Shown here: in pieces, positions 42,290-51,893 of the stretch
How the letters are laid out: each line of letters opens with the position of its first letter
Position numbering within the stretch: position 1 is the first letter of the stretch
Assembly (NCBI GenBank): GCA_002811645.1
Contig: PDIP01000063.1
Span: 197,431 to 261,430, forward strand
Origin: Corallochytrium limacisporum Hawaii
Lineage: Eukaryota > Protista > Pluriformea
Length of the DNA: 64,000 nucleotides
Direction: 5' to 3'
Notes under the pieces: generated by a model
Told to the model about the DNA's origin: nothing
Database searches by the model: none
Seen by the model: only the letters and a program-made list of their open reading frames with translations
Program-made: the position numbers and the translations under genes

Positions 42290-45200
42290 ATGGAGATCGT
42301 AGACAAGTGGCTGCGCGCCATCGGCGTTGGGCACCTTAGTCGAAAGTTCCAGGAGAACGGTTACAACGACGTCTGGAAGGTATCTCGCGTATCACGTCGG
42401 GACCTTTCTCGCATGAAAATAAGCCCCGAGGACATTGAAACTATCCTTGAGTGCACTGAAAAGCTAGGCCAGTCCTTGCAACAAACTCAACAGGCTCCTC
42501 CGCAGCCTAAAATGAATGAGAAGGGAGGCTTCTCTTACACCCCATTCAATTTTCCAGGCAACTACTTCAACTACCTCGGCCCGTCTCACGGAGGACAGGG
42601 CGGATCTGTTACCCACGTTCCCGGTCAAGCCGCTGCTGCAGGTATGATCGGCACTGTTGGAGGCTCCCGCAAGGGTGCTGCTGCCCCTAAGGGCAAGGCA
42701 AAGGCAAAGACTGCCGCTAAGGCCAAGTCTGCCAAGGCCAAGACTACCAAGGGCAAGGCGAAGGCCAAGTCCGCAAAGGGCAAGGCAAAGGCCAAGTCCT
42801 CTAAGGCCAAGGGTGCCAAATCTGGTGCCGTCGCCAAATCTTCCAAGAAGTCCAAGAAGGCCAAGAAGTCTTCTGCGGCCGCTGCCGCCGCCAAGGCCAA
42901 GAAGGCTAAGGCCAAGGCCAAACTCAAAGCCAAGAAGGAGAAGGAGAAGGAGAAGAAGCTGAAGGCCAAGGAGAAGGCCAAGGCTAAGAAGGCCAAGAAG
43001 AAGTCTTCCAAGAAGAAAAAGAAGAAGAAGAAGACTGTGAAGAAGAAGAAGAAGAAGACCGCCAAGAAGTCCTCCAGCAAGGCCAAGGCTAAGGCTAAGG
43101 CCAAGGCCAAGGCTAAGGCCAAGAAGGAAAAGGAGAAACTGAAGAAGGACAAGGCAAAGGAGAAGCGCCAGCAGCTCCGCGACAAGAAGCGCCTCCGCCG
43201 CGAGAAGGAACTCGCCAAGAAGGAGGATGAGAAGAAGGCTCGTCTCGAATGGCGTGAGGCCAAGAAGGCCTACGAAGAGGCCAAGAAGGCTGCTGTCGAA
43301 GACTTGAAGAAGCGCAAGCAGGACTTCAAGGAGCTCAAGGCCGAGATCCGTAAGATGCAGATCGAGAACGCCCGTCTTGCTTCTGAGGGCAAGAAGCCCA
43401 AGCCTCTGCCTCAGTGGCCCACTCCCCCTGTCTACGAGGAGCCTCCGATGCCCGAGATCCTCAAGAAGAAGCCTAAGAAGAGGAAGGCCAAGACAGTGAG
43501 AGCACCCAAGAAGAAAGCCGATGACAAGGCAGGTGACAACGCTTCTAAGACCGAGGAGTCAAAAAAAGTGCGACCGCCGGCTCAGCGTAAGGCAGCTGGG
43601 TCGGCGGTGATCTCTTCAGCCAAAGTTGTGTGTGCCTTTTGCGGAAAGGGTGACCATCACCGTAAGACCACCCAAAAACTTGACAAGCTGAATGGACCTT
43701 ATCCCGACGACAAGTCTAAGGACGAGTTCTGGGTTCATGAAGACTGTGCGGCGTGGAGCCCTCAGATCTACATGGACCCGAAAGTCGGTGACCTCGTCAA
43801 TGTGCCAAAGGAGGTGCGTCGAGGTCGTAAGATCCGTTGCAGCGAGTGCAGGAAACCGGGTGCGACTATTGGTTGCCATTCCTCAAGTTGTAAGAAGTCA
43901 TATCACTACCTATGTGCGAAGGAAAAAGCCACCTGTTACATGGATGAAGACAATTTCATCCTGCTCTGTGTCATCCACAGGGAGACACTCTTGGAACCGC
44001 CTTCTCCCAGTGGAGAGGACGGTTCAAAGAAAAAGAAATCTGGTAAGACGTCTTCCAAGTCATCCGCCAAGACGAAGCTCCGCAACCCTGTGCCTGTAAA
44101 GGCTGCCGACCATGCCGCCAACCTGGTGGCTGCGGCGGTCTCTTCAGGTGTGATTGCACCGCCTGCTCCCAAGAAGCGGTCCGCAAAGACCCCAAAGCAG
44201 AGCGGCAAAAAGAAGGCTAAGACAGTGAAGTCTGAGGCCGATGCTGGGTTTGAGGCAGCCATGCAGGCTGCCATGGCGCATCAGCATGAAGCTGCGATGC
44301 ATGCCAACCGTGCCGCTGCCGAGGCGATGGCCATGCACTTTGCCATGGCTGCCGTTGAGGCTTCTGTGCCCAAATCCAAGAAGACAAGCAGTAAGGCATC
44401 TGCCAAAACCAAAGCTAAAGCCAAGGCTACCCCTAAGAAGGCTTCTGGCAAACGCTTTGTGAAGAAAGAAATGCAGGCCGATGCGGCCCTTGCAGCTGCC
44501 GCTGCAGCGGCCGCCTCTGCGTCGCCAGTGCGTTCCAAGAAGGGCCCTGCCGCCAAGGCAGTAGAGAAAAAAGAGAGCGCAAAACGCTCTAAATTGGCCC
44601 CGGTGAAGTCTGCCATCCCAGTGTCTTCTAAGCGTGCCTCTACTGGCACCAAGACAGTCGCTGTGAAGAAGGCAAGCAGCAGCACCAAGGCGGTTGCTGC
44701 CACCAAGACACCTTCCGCGAAGAAGTCTGCGCCTGTGGTGAAGACGAAGATTTCTGCCAAGAAGACTCCCTCGAAGAAGTCTTCCGCCAAGGCGAAACCG
44801 CCTCGCGAGCTTGCCGCGCTCACCGCGGATGCTCCTCCGTCTCCGACGCGCGGCCGTCGTGCCAGCGCCAAGAAGGCTGCCGAGCTCATCAGCCCCCGGG
44901 CATCTGTGGTGACCCCGGTGCCGAAGAAGTCGAGCACCACCAAGAAGGTTGCAGCAGCTCCTGCTCCGGCTCCGAAGAAGAGGTCGGTAACCAAACCGCC
45001 TCCAGCTCCGAAGAAGGCTGCACCCACACCTGCTGCACCGCCAGCAAAGAGGAAGGTCTCAGCAAAGAAGCCTGTGCCAGCAGCGAAGCCTGTGCCAGCA
45101 GCGAAGCCTGCACCGCCACCACCAACGAGGAAGGCCTCGGTGAAGAAGGCGGTGCCTGCACCGACCCCTGCACCACCACCGACGAGGAAGGGCTCAGCCA

Positions 45201-45541
45201 AGAAACCTGTGCCCGCAGCGAAGCCTGCACCGCCACCGACGAGGAAGGCCTCGCTGAAGAAGGCGGTGCCTGTAGCGACGCCTGCACCACCGGCCACAAG
45301 GAAGGGCTCGGTGAAAAAACCTGTGCCGGCCGCGAAGAAGCCTGCACCACCACCGACTCGAAGGTCGCCTGCAAGGAAGGCTGCCCCTCCAGCAGCCTCT
45401 CCTTCTCCGGTGAAGGCCAAGGCCAAGGCCGCTGCTAAAGCCAAGGTCGCTGTTCGCAAGACTCCCACTCGGAAGGCGGCGGTGTCTGCTCCGCCAGAAC
45501 CCGTCGTCACCCGCAGGAGCACCCGCAGTTCCCGTCGGTGA
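42290..45541 (+). CDS. Chromatin protein: SAM domain, Lys/Ala-rich region, extended PHD (C2HC pre-PHD plus PHD), histone-H1-like K/A/P tail
   Basis: Likely start ATG 42290 (MEIVDKWLRAIGVGHLSRKFQENGY...DLSRMKI, a SAM domain). ePHD: CAFC...WVHEDCAAWSPQI...EVRRGRKIRCSECRKPGATIGC...CKKSYHYLCA...LLCVIH, of PHF6/PHF11/G2E3 type. Tandem KKPVPAAKPAPPPTRK repeats follow. Confidence 0.88.
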   Translation: MEIVDKWLRAIGVGHLSRKFQENGYNDVWKVSRVSRRDLSRMKISPEDIETILECTEKLGQSLQQTQQAPPQPKMNEKGGFSYTPFNFPGNYFNYLGPSHGGQGGSVTHVPGQAAAAGMIGTVGGSRKGAAAPKGKAKAKTAAKAKSAKAKTTKGKAKAKSAKGKAKAKSSKAKGAKSGAVAKSSKKSKKAKKSSAAAAAAKAKKAKAKAKLKAKKEKEKEKKLKAKEKAKAKKAKKKSSKKKKKKKKTVKKKKKKTAKKSSSKAKAKAKAKAKAKAKKEKEKLKKDKAKEKRQQLRDKKRLRREKELAKKEDEKKARLEWREAKKAYEEAKKAAVEDLKKRKQDFKELKAEIRKMQIENARLASEGKKPKPLPQWPTPPVYEEPPMPEILKKKPKKRKAKTVRAPKKKADDKAGDNASKTEESKKVRPPAQRKAAGSAVISSAKVVCAFCGKGDHHRKTTQKLDKLNGPYPDDKSKDEFWVHEDCAAWSPQIYMDPKVGDLVNVPKEVRRGRKIRCSECRKPGATIGCHSSSCKKSYHYLCAKEKATCYMDEDNFILLCVIHRETLLEPPSPSGEDGSKKKKSGKTSSKSSAKTKLRNPVPVKAADHAANLVAAAVSSGVIAPPAPKKRSAKTPKQSGKKKAKTVKSEADAGFEAAMQAAMAHQHEAAMHANRAAAEAMAMHFAMAAVEASVPKSKKTSSKASAKTKAKAKATPKKASGKRFVKKEMQADAALAAAAAAAASASPVRSKKGPAAKAVEKKESAKRSKLAPVKSAIPVSSKRASTGTKTVAVKKASSSTKAVAATKTPSAKKSAPVVKTKISAKKTPSKKSSAKAKPPRELAALTADAPPSPTRGRRASAKKAAELISPRASVVTPVPKKSSTTKKVAAAPAPAPKKRSVTKPPPAPKKAAPTPAAPPAKRKVSAKKPVPAAKPVPAAKPAPPPPTRKASVKKAVPAPTPAPPPTRKGSAKKPVPAAKPAPPPTRKASLKKAVPVATPAPPATRKGSVKKPVPAAKKPAPPPTRRSPARKAAPPAASPSPVKAKAKAAAKAKVAVRKTPTRKAAVSAPPEPVVTRRSTRSSRR

Positions 45542-45912
45542 GAACGTCGTGAGCCAACAAACATCTTGCCATTGCAGAAAGGATTTCTGTTTCTCTTCCT
45601 CGGAAGTGGCACAAGATCCAACTCCGACATCAAAAGGTTCTCATCTTTCTGAAACCCCCTTTTTCTATAACCATTCAACGAGAAAGACGAGAGCTTCCCC
45701 CACCGAAGAAAATCCCAAAAAAAAAATCTCCATTAAACTTAATCCCCCCCCCCCCAAAATACCCCGCCTCAACGGGGTTTTGGCAACCAAAAAAAGCCAA
45801 AAAAAAAAAAAAAAGAAAACAAAAGCTTTGAGTGTGTTTTTTTTGGTTCTTGTTCTTCAGTTGCCAGGGTATGCTGGTATGTAATTTTGTATATATTGTG
45901 ACTGGAGGTGGG

Positions 45913-48561
45913 TCACTGGCCGGTGGCTGCCCTACTGGCCAGCTGGAGACGCACATTGGCCAGACTGACTGACGGCGAGATGGTGGAATAGGGGGTGCCA
46001 TTGAAACTCTTCTCCGAGTACCAGTCAGGGAGCTCACTACGCAGCTTGCTCAGGGCCGCACTGACCTCCCCGTGGCTGACTCGAGTAGTACATTCATCGA
46101 CAATGCGGGTGACAAGCTCTTGGCGGGGCATGGACTTTGAGCCAGACAATGTTAGAATGCAGTGCACCGATGTTGCTATGGCTTTGAGGCGGCGCTGGGC
46201 CGTAGAGTCGTGCGCATGCTGATCCATGACCTCCCGAGCAAGGCGTTCTTTCTCCTCCCGCAGAGCCTGACGCTCCTTAATGCGTTCGAGGGCCGATTTC
46301 GGTTTGGCGGAGAGTGGCCGGCGGTGAGTGGATGTGGTGTGTACCTTGGCGCCTTGTGTCTGTTGGGAGCTGGTTACCGCAGGGTTTAGTTCCCCATTAC
46401 CGTCAATGACTTCCTTGAGGTGCTTGCGACGCTGAATCTCAGCCTGTTTTTTTGAGGGACTGAGGTCAATGAGACCCTTGCTCATTCGGGCACGGGTGTA
46501 GTCGGAAAGACCGGAGGCCTGGTCCAACAACTCAGTGAGAGTCATGGCAGTGGTAGCCGGGGGCTGTGGAAGCCTCGCTGGTGCCGGTAGCGGTACCAAT
46601 AGACGCTTGTCATCAAGTTCCATGTTGTCGGGTATCGACGACGACCCAAGCATGTCGCGGGCAGCCTCTGCCAGCCTCCGTTGCATTTCTTGGCGACGCC
46701 GCAGGCACACTGCAGTGTCTACAATACCCGTCATGGGATTCACAACGGGCAGGAACTGCTCGCTGTGGTTCTGTTTGTTGACTGCCGCGCCCGCACCCCG
46801 GGCAGGAGTTGAATTGGGCGTCACAGTCGGAGTGGTGGTGCCCGCGGTCTCGGGTCCCTCAAAGTCCAGCCGCAGTTCCCAGGTACCGCCTTTGCCACCA
46901 ACAGCGTACCGGTCCTCGACCCACACGCGACTTGCGGTGTAGGCCTCCGGCCAGACGGCGAGCATAGTAGCCACGGCGCGCTCTGCGGAGCCATCTATCC
47001 AGGAGAAACGGCTGCGAGCGGCCTGTTGCACTGCATTGCAAAGGTGGGACAAGTGCCGCGTGCGGTTTCGAGCCTGGGCGTGCGCCAGTGTAACGTCGAG
47101 GCTCTCGAAAAGTTTGAGAATGCGACTGTAAGCCCTTGGCAAGCCGACAGTGGTAAGGGTGGACATCGAAGTGGCCATGATGTCCTCCGTGGTAGTGGTG
47201 GATGCAGCACCAGCTGTGTCACTACCTTCTCGGCCATCACCGAGACGGTCCTCGACGGCAGAGAGAAGTGCTGCGTACCGATTCTTTGGGGCAGGCTTGG
47301 CCAGGATAGCCTCAGCTCGGCTCACCATGTGTTCCTGTTCCTGCTTTTCGTGCACGGCGCTGTTGCTATCTCCAGCCGTGTTGGTACTGTCAAAGGTCAG
47401 CACCCGAGCACTTGCCACTGGAATTGGCGGCAGTGAAGGCTCACTGCCCTGCACGGGATCCCGGTTGACACTATTTTGGCGAGGAGGAAAGGCACGATGG
47501 GCATTGCTGCTCGGGGTAAGAGTAATCGTGCTGCCACTGAGGTGAGTCTGTGGTGTGCGTGCCTTGGACTTTACCTTCTGCTTTGGAGAAAACTGTTCGA
47601 GCAGGCGCTGTGCGCTGCGTCCGCTGACTACGGGCTGGTACCGCATAGGCGATCCGTCCGGGCGGCAAACAGTCACGTTGCTGTGACGGCCAACTGACAA
47701 TGAGTGTCGACTGTGACTGCTGCGGCGTGTGCTGCTTCCCGAGTTGGCGTGAGTGATCCGCTTCTGTGGGGTCTTTAGGCACTGAGACGCGTGTGCCGGC
47801 GACCTGCTGCCCTTGCCTGTCGGTGTCGAGGCAATGGGCAGGGTACGTGTGGAGGTTTGCCGATCCACGGACTCCATCCCGTTTTGGTGTTTGTTGTACT
47901 CTTTCTGGTGCTCACGTTCCAGTTGCCGTCTCCGCATGCCCGTCATAGTCAGTTGGCCATCATTCGTACGGCGACGACGCTTGTTTTCCGGTGTTCTAAG
48001 GTTCATGCGAGACATGTCTTGTTCGGCACTGTTCCAAAATGCCTCTTCCTTGGCCTCAACCTCTGATCGGTTTGGAGGGGCAGGAACGGGAAACCCATGG
48101 GCAGGTGCCGCCTCCTTTTCGGCTTCAAGGAGCAACTGGCGCTCTTTCGGTCCCAAACGCTCGAGCATGCGGTCTGTCTCGTCATGTAAGTCGTCAGGGT
48201 TAATGAACCGTGCACTGTTCAAAGTGCTGTCACCTGCTTCCGTTGGGGACTTGTTCATCTCACCGTCTCTTTCTTCATCTGTATCCATGGCTTCGGGTGC
48301 ATGTCTTTGCATAGCATGCTCCGTGTCTGCCCTAGGTGAGAGAGATGGTGCTAGGCGTTTCCGGTGCCTATGCGTTGTGTCTGTAGTCTCTCTGTCGGAA
48401 AAAGCGCTGCTGATCTGAATGGCAGGAGTAACAGAGGCAGTTGTGTTCTGCTTCAACGGCTTGAGCACCCTCCCTTTCGCCGAGTCTCTGCGCACGGGGA
48501 ACGCAGAAGTCAGCTGCCGCATCGCAGGCCCGCTGGATCTCAAATTGTTGCGCCCGCTCAT
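45913..48561 (-). CDS. CDT1: DNA replication licensing factor Cdt1
   Basis: LPRAYSRILKLFESLDVTL matches the start of the middle winged helix; RRRQEMQRRL; SALERIKERQ; C-terminal winged helix RLKAIATSVHCIL...HGEVSAALSKLRSELPDWYS. N-terminal PIP-degron-like MRQLTSAFPVRR. First ATG at 48561. Confidence 0.85.
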   Translation of the reverse strand: MSGRNNLRSSGPAMRQLTSAFPVRRDSAKGRVLKPLKQNTTASVTPAIQISSAFSDRETTDTTHRHRKRLAPSLSPRADTEHAMQRHAPEAMDTDEERDGEMNKSPTEAGDSTLNSARFINPDDLHDETDRMLERLGPKERQLLLEAEKEAAPAHGFPVPAPPNRSEVEAKEEAFWNSAEQDMSRMNLRTPENKRRRRTNDGQLTMTGMRRRQLEREHQKEYNKHQNGMESVDRQTSTRTLPIASTPTGKGSRSPAHASQCLKTPQKRITHANSGSSTRRSSHSRHSLSVGRHSNVTVCRPDGSPMRYQPVVSGRSAQRLLEQFSPKQKVKSKARTPQTHLSGSTITLTPSSNAHRAFPPRQNSVNRDPVQGSEPSLPPIPVASARVLTFDSTNTAGDSNSAVHEKQEQEHMVSRAEAILAKPAPKNRYAALLSAVEDRLGDGREGSDTAGAASTTTTEDIMATSMSTLTTVGLPRAYSRILKLFESLDVTLAHAQARNRTRHLSHLCNAVQQAARSRFSWIDGSAERAVATMLAVWPEAYTASRVWVEDRYAVGGKGGTWELRLDFEGPETAGTTTPTVTPNSTPARGAGAAVNKQNHSEQFLPVVNPMTGIVDTAVCLRRRQEMQRRLAEAARDMLGSSSIPDNMELDDKRLLVPLPAPARLPQPPATTAMTLTELLDQASGLSDYTRARMSKGLIDLSPSKKQAEIQRRKHLKEVIDGNGELNPAVTSSQQTQGAKVHTTSTHRRPLSAKPKSALERIKERQALREEKERLAREVMDQHAHDSTAQRRLKAIATSVHCILTLSGSKSMPRQELVTRIVDECTTRVSHGEVSAALSKLRSELPDWYSEKSFNGTPYSTISPSVSLANVRLQLASRAATGQ

Positions 48562-50234
48562 GTTCTGTTTGTCTATTTTCTCTTCTTTACTTCGTGTTCT
48601 GATTGAACCCTTGGACACTTGTACTGGATAAATGATTGAACCTTTCGCTAATGTTCCCAATGTACCTTCAGTTTATTTCCTGTTTTTATATTCAACCTGA
48701 AAGGCTATCGCTATCACTTCAGTGCCTGTTTCTGAAATCGATATCCAAAAGGAGTTGATGTCGGATTCGCTGCCAGGTTTAGGTACCTTTGGCGCGAATG
48801 GGTTGCTAAGATCAGATCATGTAAACAACAAAACATTCACAACTATGAGCTCACGAAGACCACACTTTAGAAAAGTGATTTCCGGTGTGCTGTAAACCCT
48901 CAACCATTTCCTAAAGCCGCAACGCAGTGAAAAGGCTCTTAGAAAAACGAAAGCACTGCAAGAGCAAGAGCCCGCCCCCGTGAACAGTTGGTCAAAGGGT
49001 GCCCACGGTAGCGGGAAGTGGCTAACCCAAACTTTTCGCGCCGATGGTCGGCCGACCCTAGCCTCGCCCCACAAACCCCCCACCCAACCCCAACCCTTCC
49101 GTTGTTTTTCTATGAGAACTTAAGTCACCACCGGGGTTAGGGTACGAACTGGAACTCTCTCCCCTCCTCCCCCCCCCCCCTCCCCGGGGCGGACCGGGCG
49201 AAGGTCAGTCAAGAGAGGAGAGGGGCACGTACGGGGTTCGCAGATGGACAAAGAAAGGGGGGAGTTTTCGCGCGCGGATGCGTTTCTCTGAACTGTTCAG
49301 ACAGCGAAAGCACAAAATGCGGATGTTAACCGGGAAAATGGGATGGGACCAAATCGGTGGGTACGGGCCTGTCATGTCCTTCGGGACTGTACGTTTCATG
49401 TCGGCGCCTGCAGATTTCTCTTTTGCATTTCCTCTGTGGATGAAGCAGCCTGAGCGGAACACATGAGCAACGGATTTTTAGGGGCAGGAAGGCTAGGTCT
49501 CCCAGAGCACGGGGCAAATCCGTCTCTGTGGTTGTCAGGGATGGGTTTGGTCAAACTGTTGGGTGCGCATGGTCCGGTCCGTCCGTTCATTCGTCATTCT
49601 TTTGAGGTTCACCTGTGTGTGATACGCCCCATTGACCCTTCGATTGATGTTCTGTGTTTTTTTCAAACACTCTAATGTCTCAGAGAACTTTGACCATCCA
49701 GACTGCTGTTGATATCCGACTATCGATCCCATTTAAACCCCCAACACGCTCAACATCTAACATCCATAATGAAAGTATTGCCGGCCAAGTGCTGATCTCC
49801 AGACGACTCACCCGGCGAGAAGGGGGGCCTATTATGCATTCATTTGTGCGCGAAAGGTTTGAATTCTGTCGACTCCGGGTTGGGGGAAGGAGGGAAAGGT
49901 GCCAAAGGCGGCAGAAATGGAGGCCCCCCCGGGCGATGGCTCGATACCCTCGCGGAGCTCTGCGCTGAGCACGCAACTATGAATGTTGGTTGCATGCTGC
50001 ATTCTGTGATTTCATTTCGAGACAGTCAGTTCCTCAAGGCGCCACTGAGGTCCTTAAGTTATTAAACCACTAGTATGTAGCGATGAAGGGCTTTGAACCA
50101 GAGATTCAGGTAAAATTCAGAGTCCAATCTTTGGTACTGAAAGCGAACTGTCCATTCATTTGCCAAGTGATCAGTCTACAGACGAATGCGAACGAGTTAG
50201 CGCGTGTGCAAAAAAAAGCGAAATCTAAAACAAA
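48562..50234. promoter_or_regulatory. Divergent CDT1/CDC6 promoter region with E2F-type, CHR-like, forkhead-like and telo-box motifs
   Basis: TTTGGCGCGAA 48788-48798; GTAAACAA 48821-48828; TTTCGCGC 49034-49041; GGGTTAGGG 49134-49142; TTTCGCGC 49266-49273; GCGCGAAA 49848-49855 followed by TTTGAA 49858-49863. Confidence 0.65.
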
Positions 50235-51893
50235 ATGACACCCGCAAAGCAGAGACAGCTGTCATACCCAACCCGGCGACAGCCGCGTCGGCCCTTGGAC
50301 AAGAAGAAAGCAAAGCGAAAGACGATGGATTGCGCCACAATTGTTGAGAAAATTCGGTATGTTTTCCGCAGTAACGATGATAATTTGGAGCTTACAGGAA
50401 GGGATAAAGAAAAGAAAAGCATTACAGACTTCATTGATCAGCAGATGAACACCTTTGCGGTTGGGTTGCCCCGACAGACTGCCAGAGAAACCAGTCGGAG
50501 ATCCACCCCAGGGGCTTGTGATCCGGCCGATAGTCATGTAGCGAACCAGGCGCTGTACATAAGTGGTTTGCCTGGTGTTGGCAAAAGTGCAACACTTAAA
50601 TGCCTCTGGAATGAAGGGGCGCTTGAGAATACGGAACACATCTTTCTGAACTGCAAGGGCTTTGAGCGTTGGCAAAGCTTGAGCGTGTCTATAGTGGCCT
50701 GGATGCAGCGGGCGGCACTGTCCAGTGCGTCGGAATCAGGAGGTCCAGGCTGCGGGCGGAGCAGGAAAAGAAAGCAAAAGGACACAAGCGACTCAATTGC
50801 GCACCTTCATACCACCAATGTCACTGAGCGCAACGTGGTGGCATTCATGGAGGACTACATTAATGCAATGACAGGTCGTTGGCAGAGGCCCTTATTTGTT
50901 GTGCTTGATGAAATGGACCAGCTGTCCGAGAAAGGCCTGCTGACAATATTTGACTGGGCGACTTTATCACAAAGTCCATTGCGTCTAATTGGCATTGCCA
51001 ATGGCCTAGACTTGACAGAGAGGCTGTTGCCTCGGCTGCAGGCACGTGGTATTGCCCCTGCCACCCTCACATTCGCAGCCTACAATCGGCAAGGAATCCG
51101 TGCCATCCTTGATCAGCACCTGCAACAAGTAGTGGAACAAGGGCGGGTATCTCAGGAGCAGATTTTGGGCAATGATGATCTCGACTGGGTCTGCCAGCAG
51201 GTTGCCAAGCACACAGGTGATGCCCGACTTGCCATTCGCCTTATCGCCGAAGCAGCGCAGGTGCGGACTGGCGTGGAAAACAAAGAAAACGCAGCGAATG
51301 ATGGAATGGCAGCGATCACGAGAGCCATGCTCTCGTCAGCGTGGTGTATGGCCACTGGCCAGGCCCTGGCTCCAACATCTTGTAAGAACCGGACGGCCCT
51401 GCAGTCTCTGGCTGCTGCTCACAATGCTAAGGGAACGGGTTCTCCGAACCAGAAAGCGTCGCTTAAGGCCACCGTATCAGCCGCCTCAAGTATCGCCGAC
51501 ACGTCCAAAATGTGGTGGAACAGCCTGACGGCCCGCCAACGCACCATAGTTGCCGCTCTTGCCGTTCATTCAGACAACCACAGCAGAAAAGGACTCCCTG
51601 GATCCACTGTTGCCACAATCAACAGTCGGCAAGCCCACATGGCCTACGAACGCATATGTCGCCGGGCCAAGGTACCTCCGTCAGCCATCTGTGGCCTGTC
51701 TGAATTTATCGCTGTACTACAGGGTGGTCACTGTGATGCTGCAGTTGCTTTGAGCAAGCAGCGTAAGGCAAACTCCCTTGTCGTTGAATTCCGCATGAGG
51801 CCAAGTCAGATCCTGAGCGATCTTGAGAGCGATTCCATGGTTCGCGCCATCACTACGCTTGCGATTTCAAAGGCCGATGTTCCTGCGCTTTAG
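50235..51893 (+). CDS. CDC6: Cell division control protein 6 (AAA+ MCM loader)
   Basis: LTGRDKE, Walker A LYISGLPGVGKS, FLNC, Walker B VVLDEMDQL, LIGIANGLDLTERLLPRL, FAAYNRQGIRAIL, sensor 2 TGDARLAI. These are Cdc6-like rather than Orc1-like. Confidence 0.92.
   Translation: MTPAKQRQLSYPTRRQPRRPLDKKKAKRKTMDCATIVEKIRYVFRSNDDNLELTGRDKEKKSITDFIDQQMNTFAVGLPRQTARETSRRSTPGACDPADSHVANQALYISGLPGVGKSATLKCLWNEGALENTEHIFLNCKGFERWQSLSVSIVAWMQRAALSSASESGGPGCGRSRKRKQKDTSDSIAHLHTTNVTERNVVAFMEDYINAMTGRWQRPLFVVLDEMDQLSEKGLLTIFDWATLSQSPLRLIGIANGLDLTERLLPRLQARGIAPATLTFAAYNRQGIRAILDQHLQQVVEQGRVSQEQILGNDDLDWVCQQVAKHTGDARLAIRLIAEAAQVRTGVENKENAANDGMAAITRAMLSSAWCMATGQALAPTSCKNRTALQSLAAAHNAKGTGSPNQKASLKATVSAASSIADTSKMWWNSLTARQRTIVAALAVHSDNHSRKGLPGSTVATINSRQAHMAYERICRRAKVPPSAICGLSEFIAVLQGGHCDAAVALSKQRKANSLVVEFRMRPSQILSDLESDSMVRAITTLAISKADVPAL

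Noticed and set aside
50235-51893. Orc1 as an alternative identity
   Set aside because: No BAH domain or long N-terminus, and the LDEMDQL and GIANGLDLTERLLPRL motifs are Cdc6-type.
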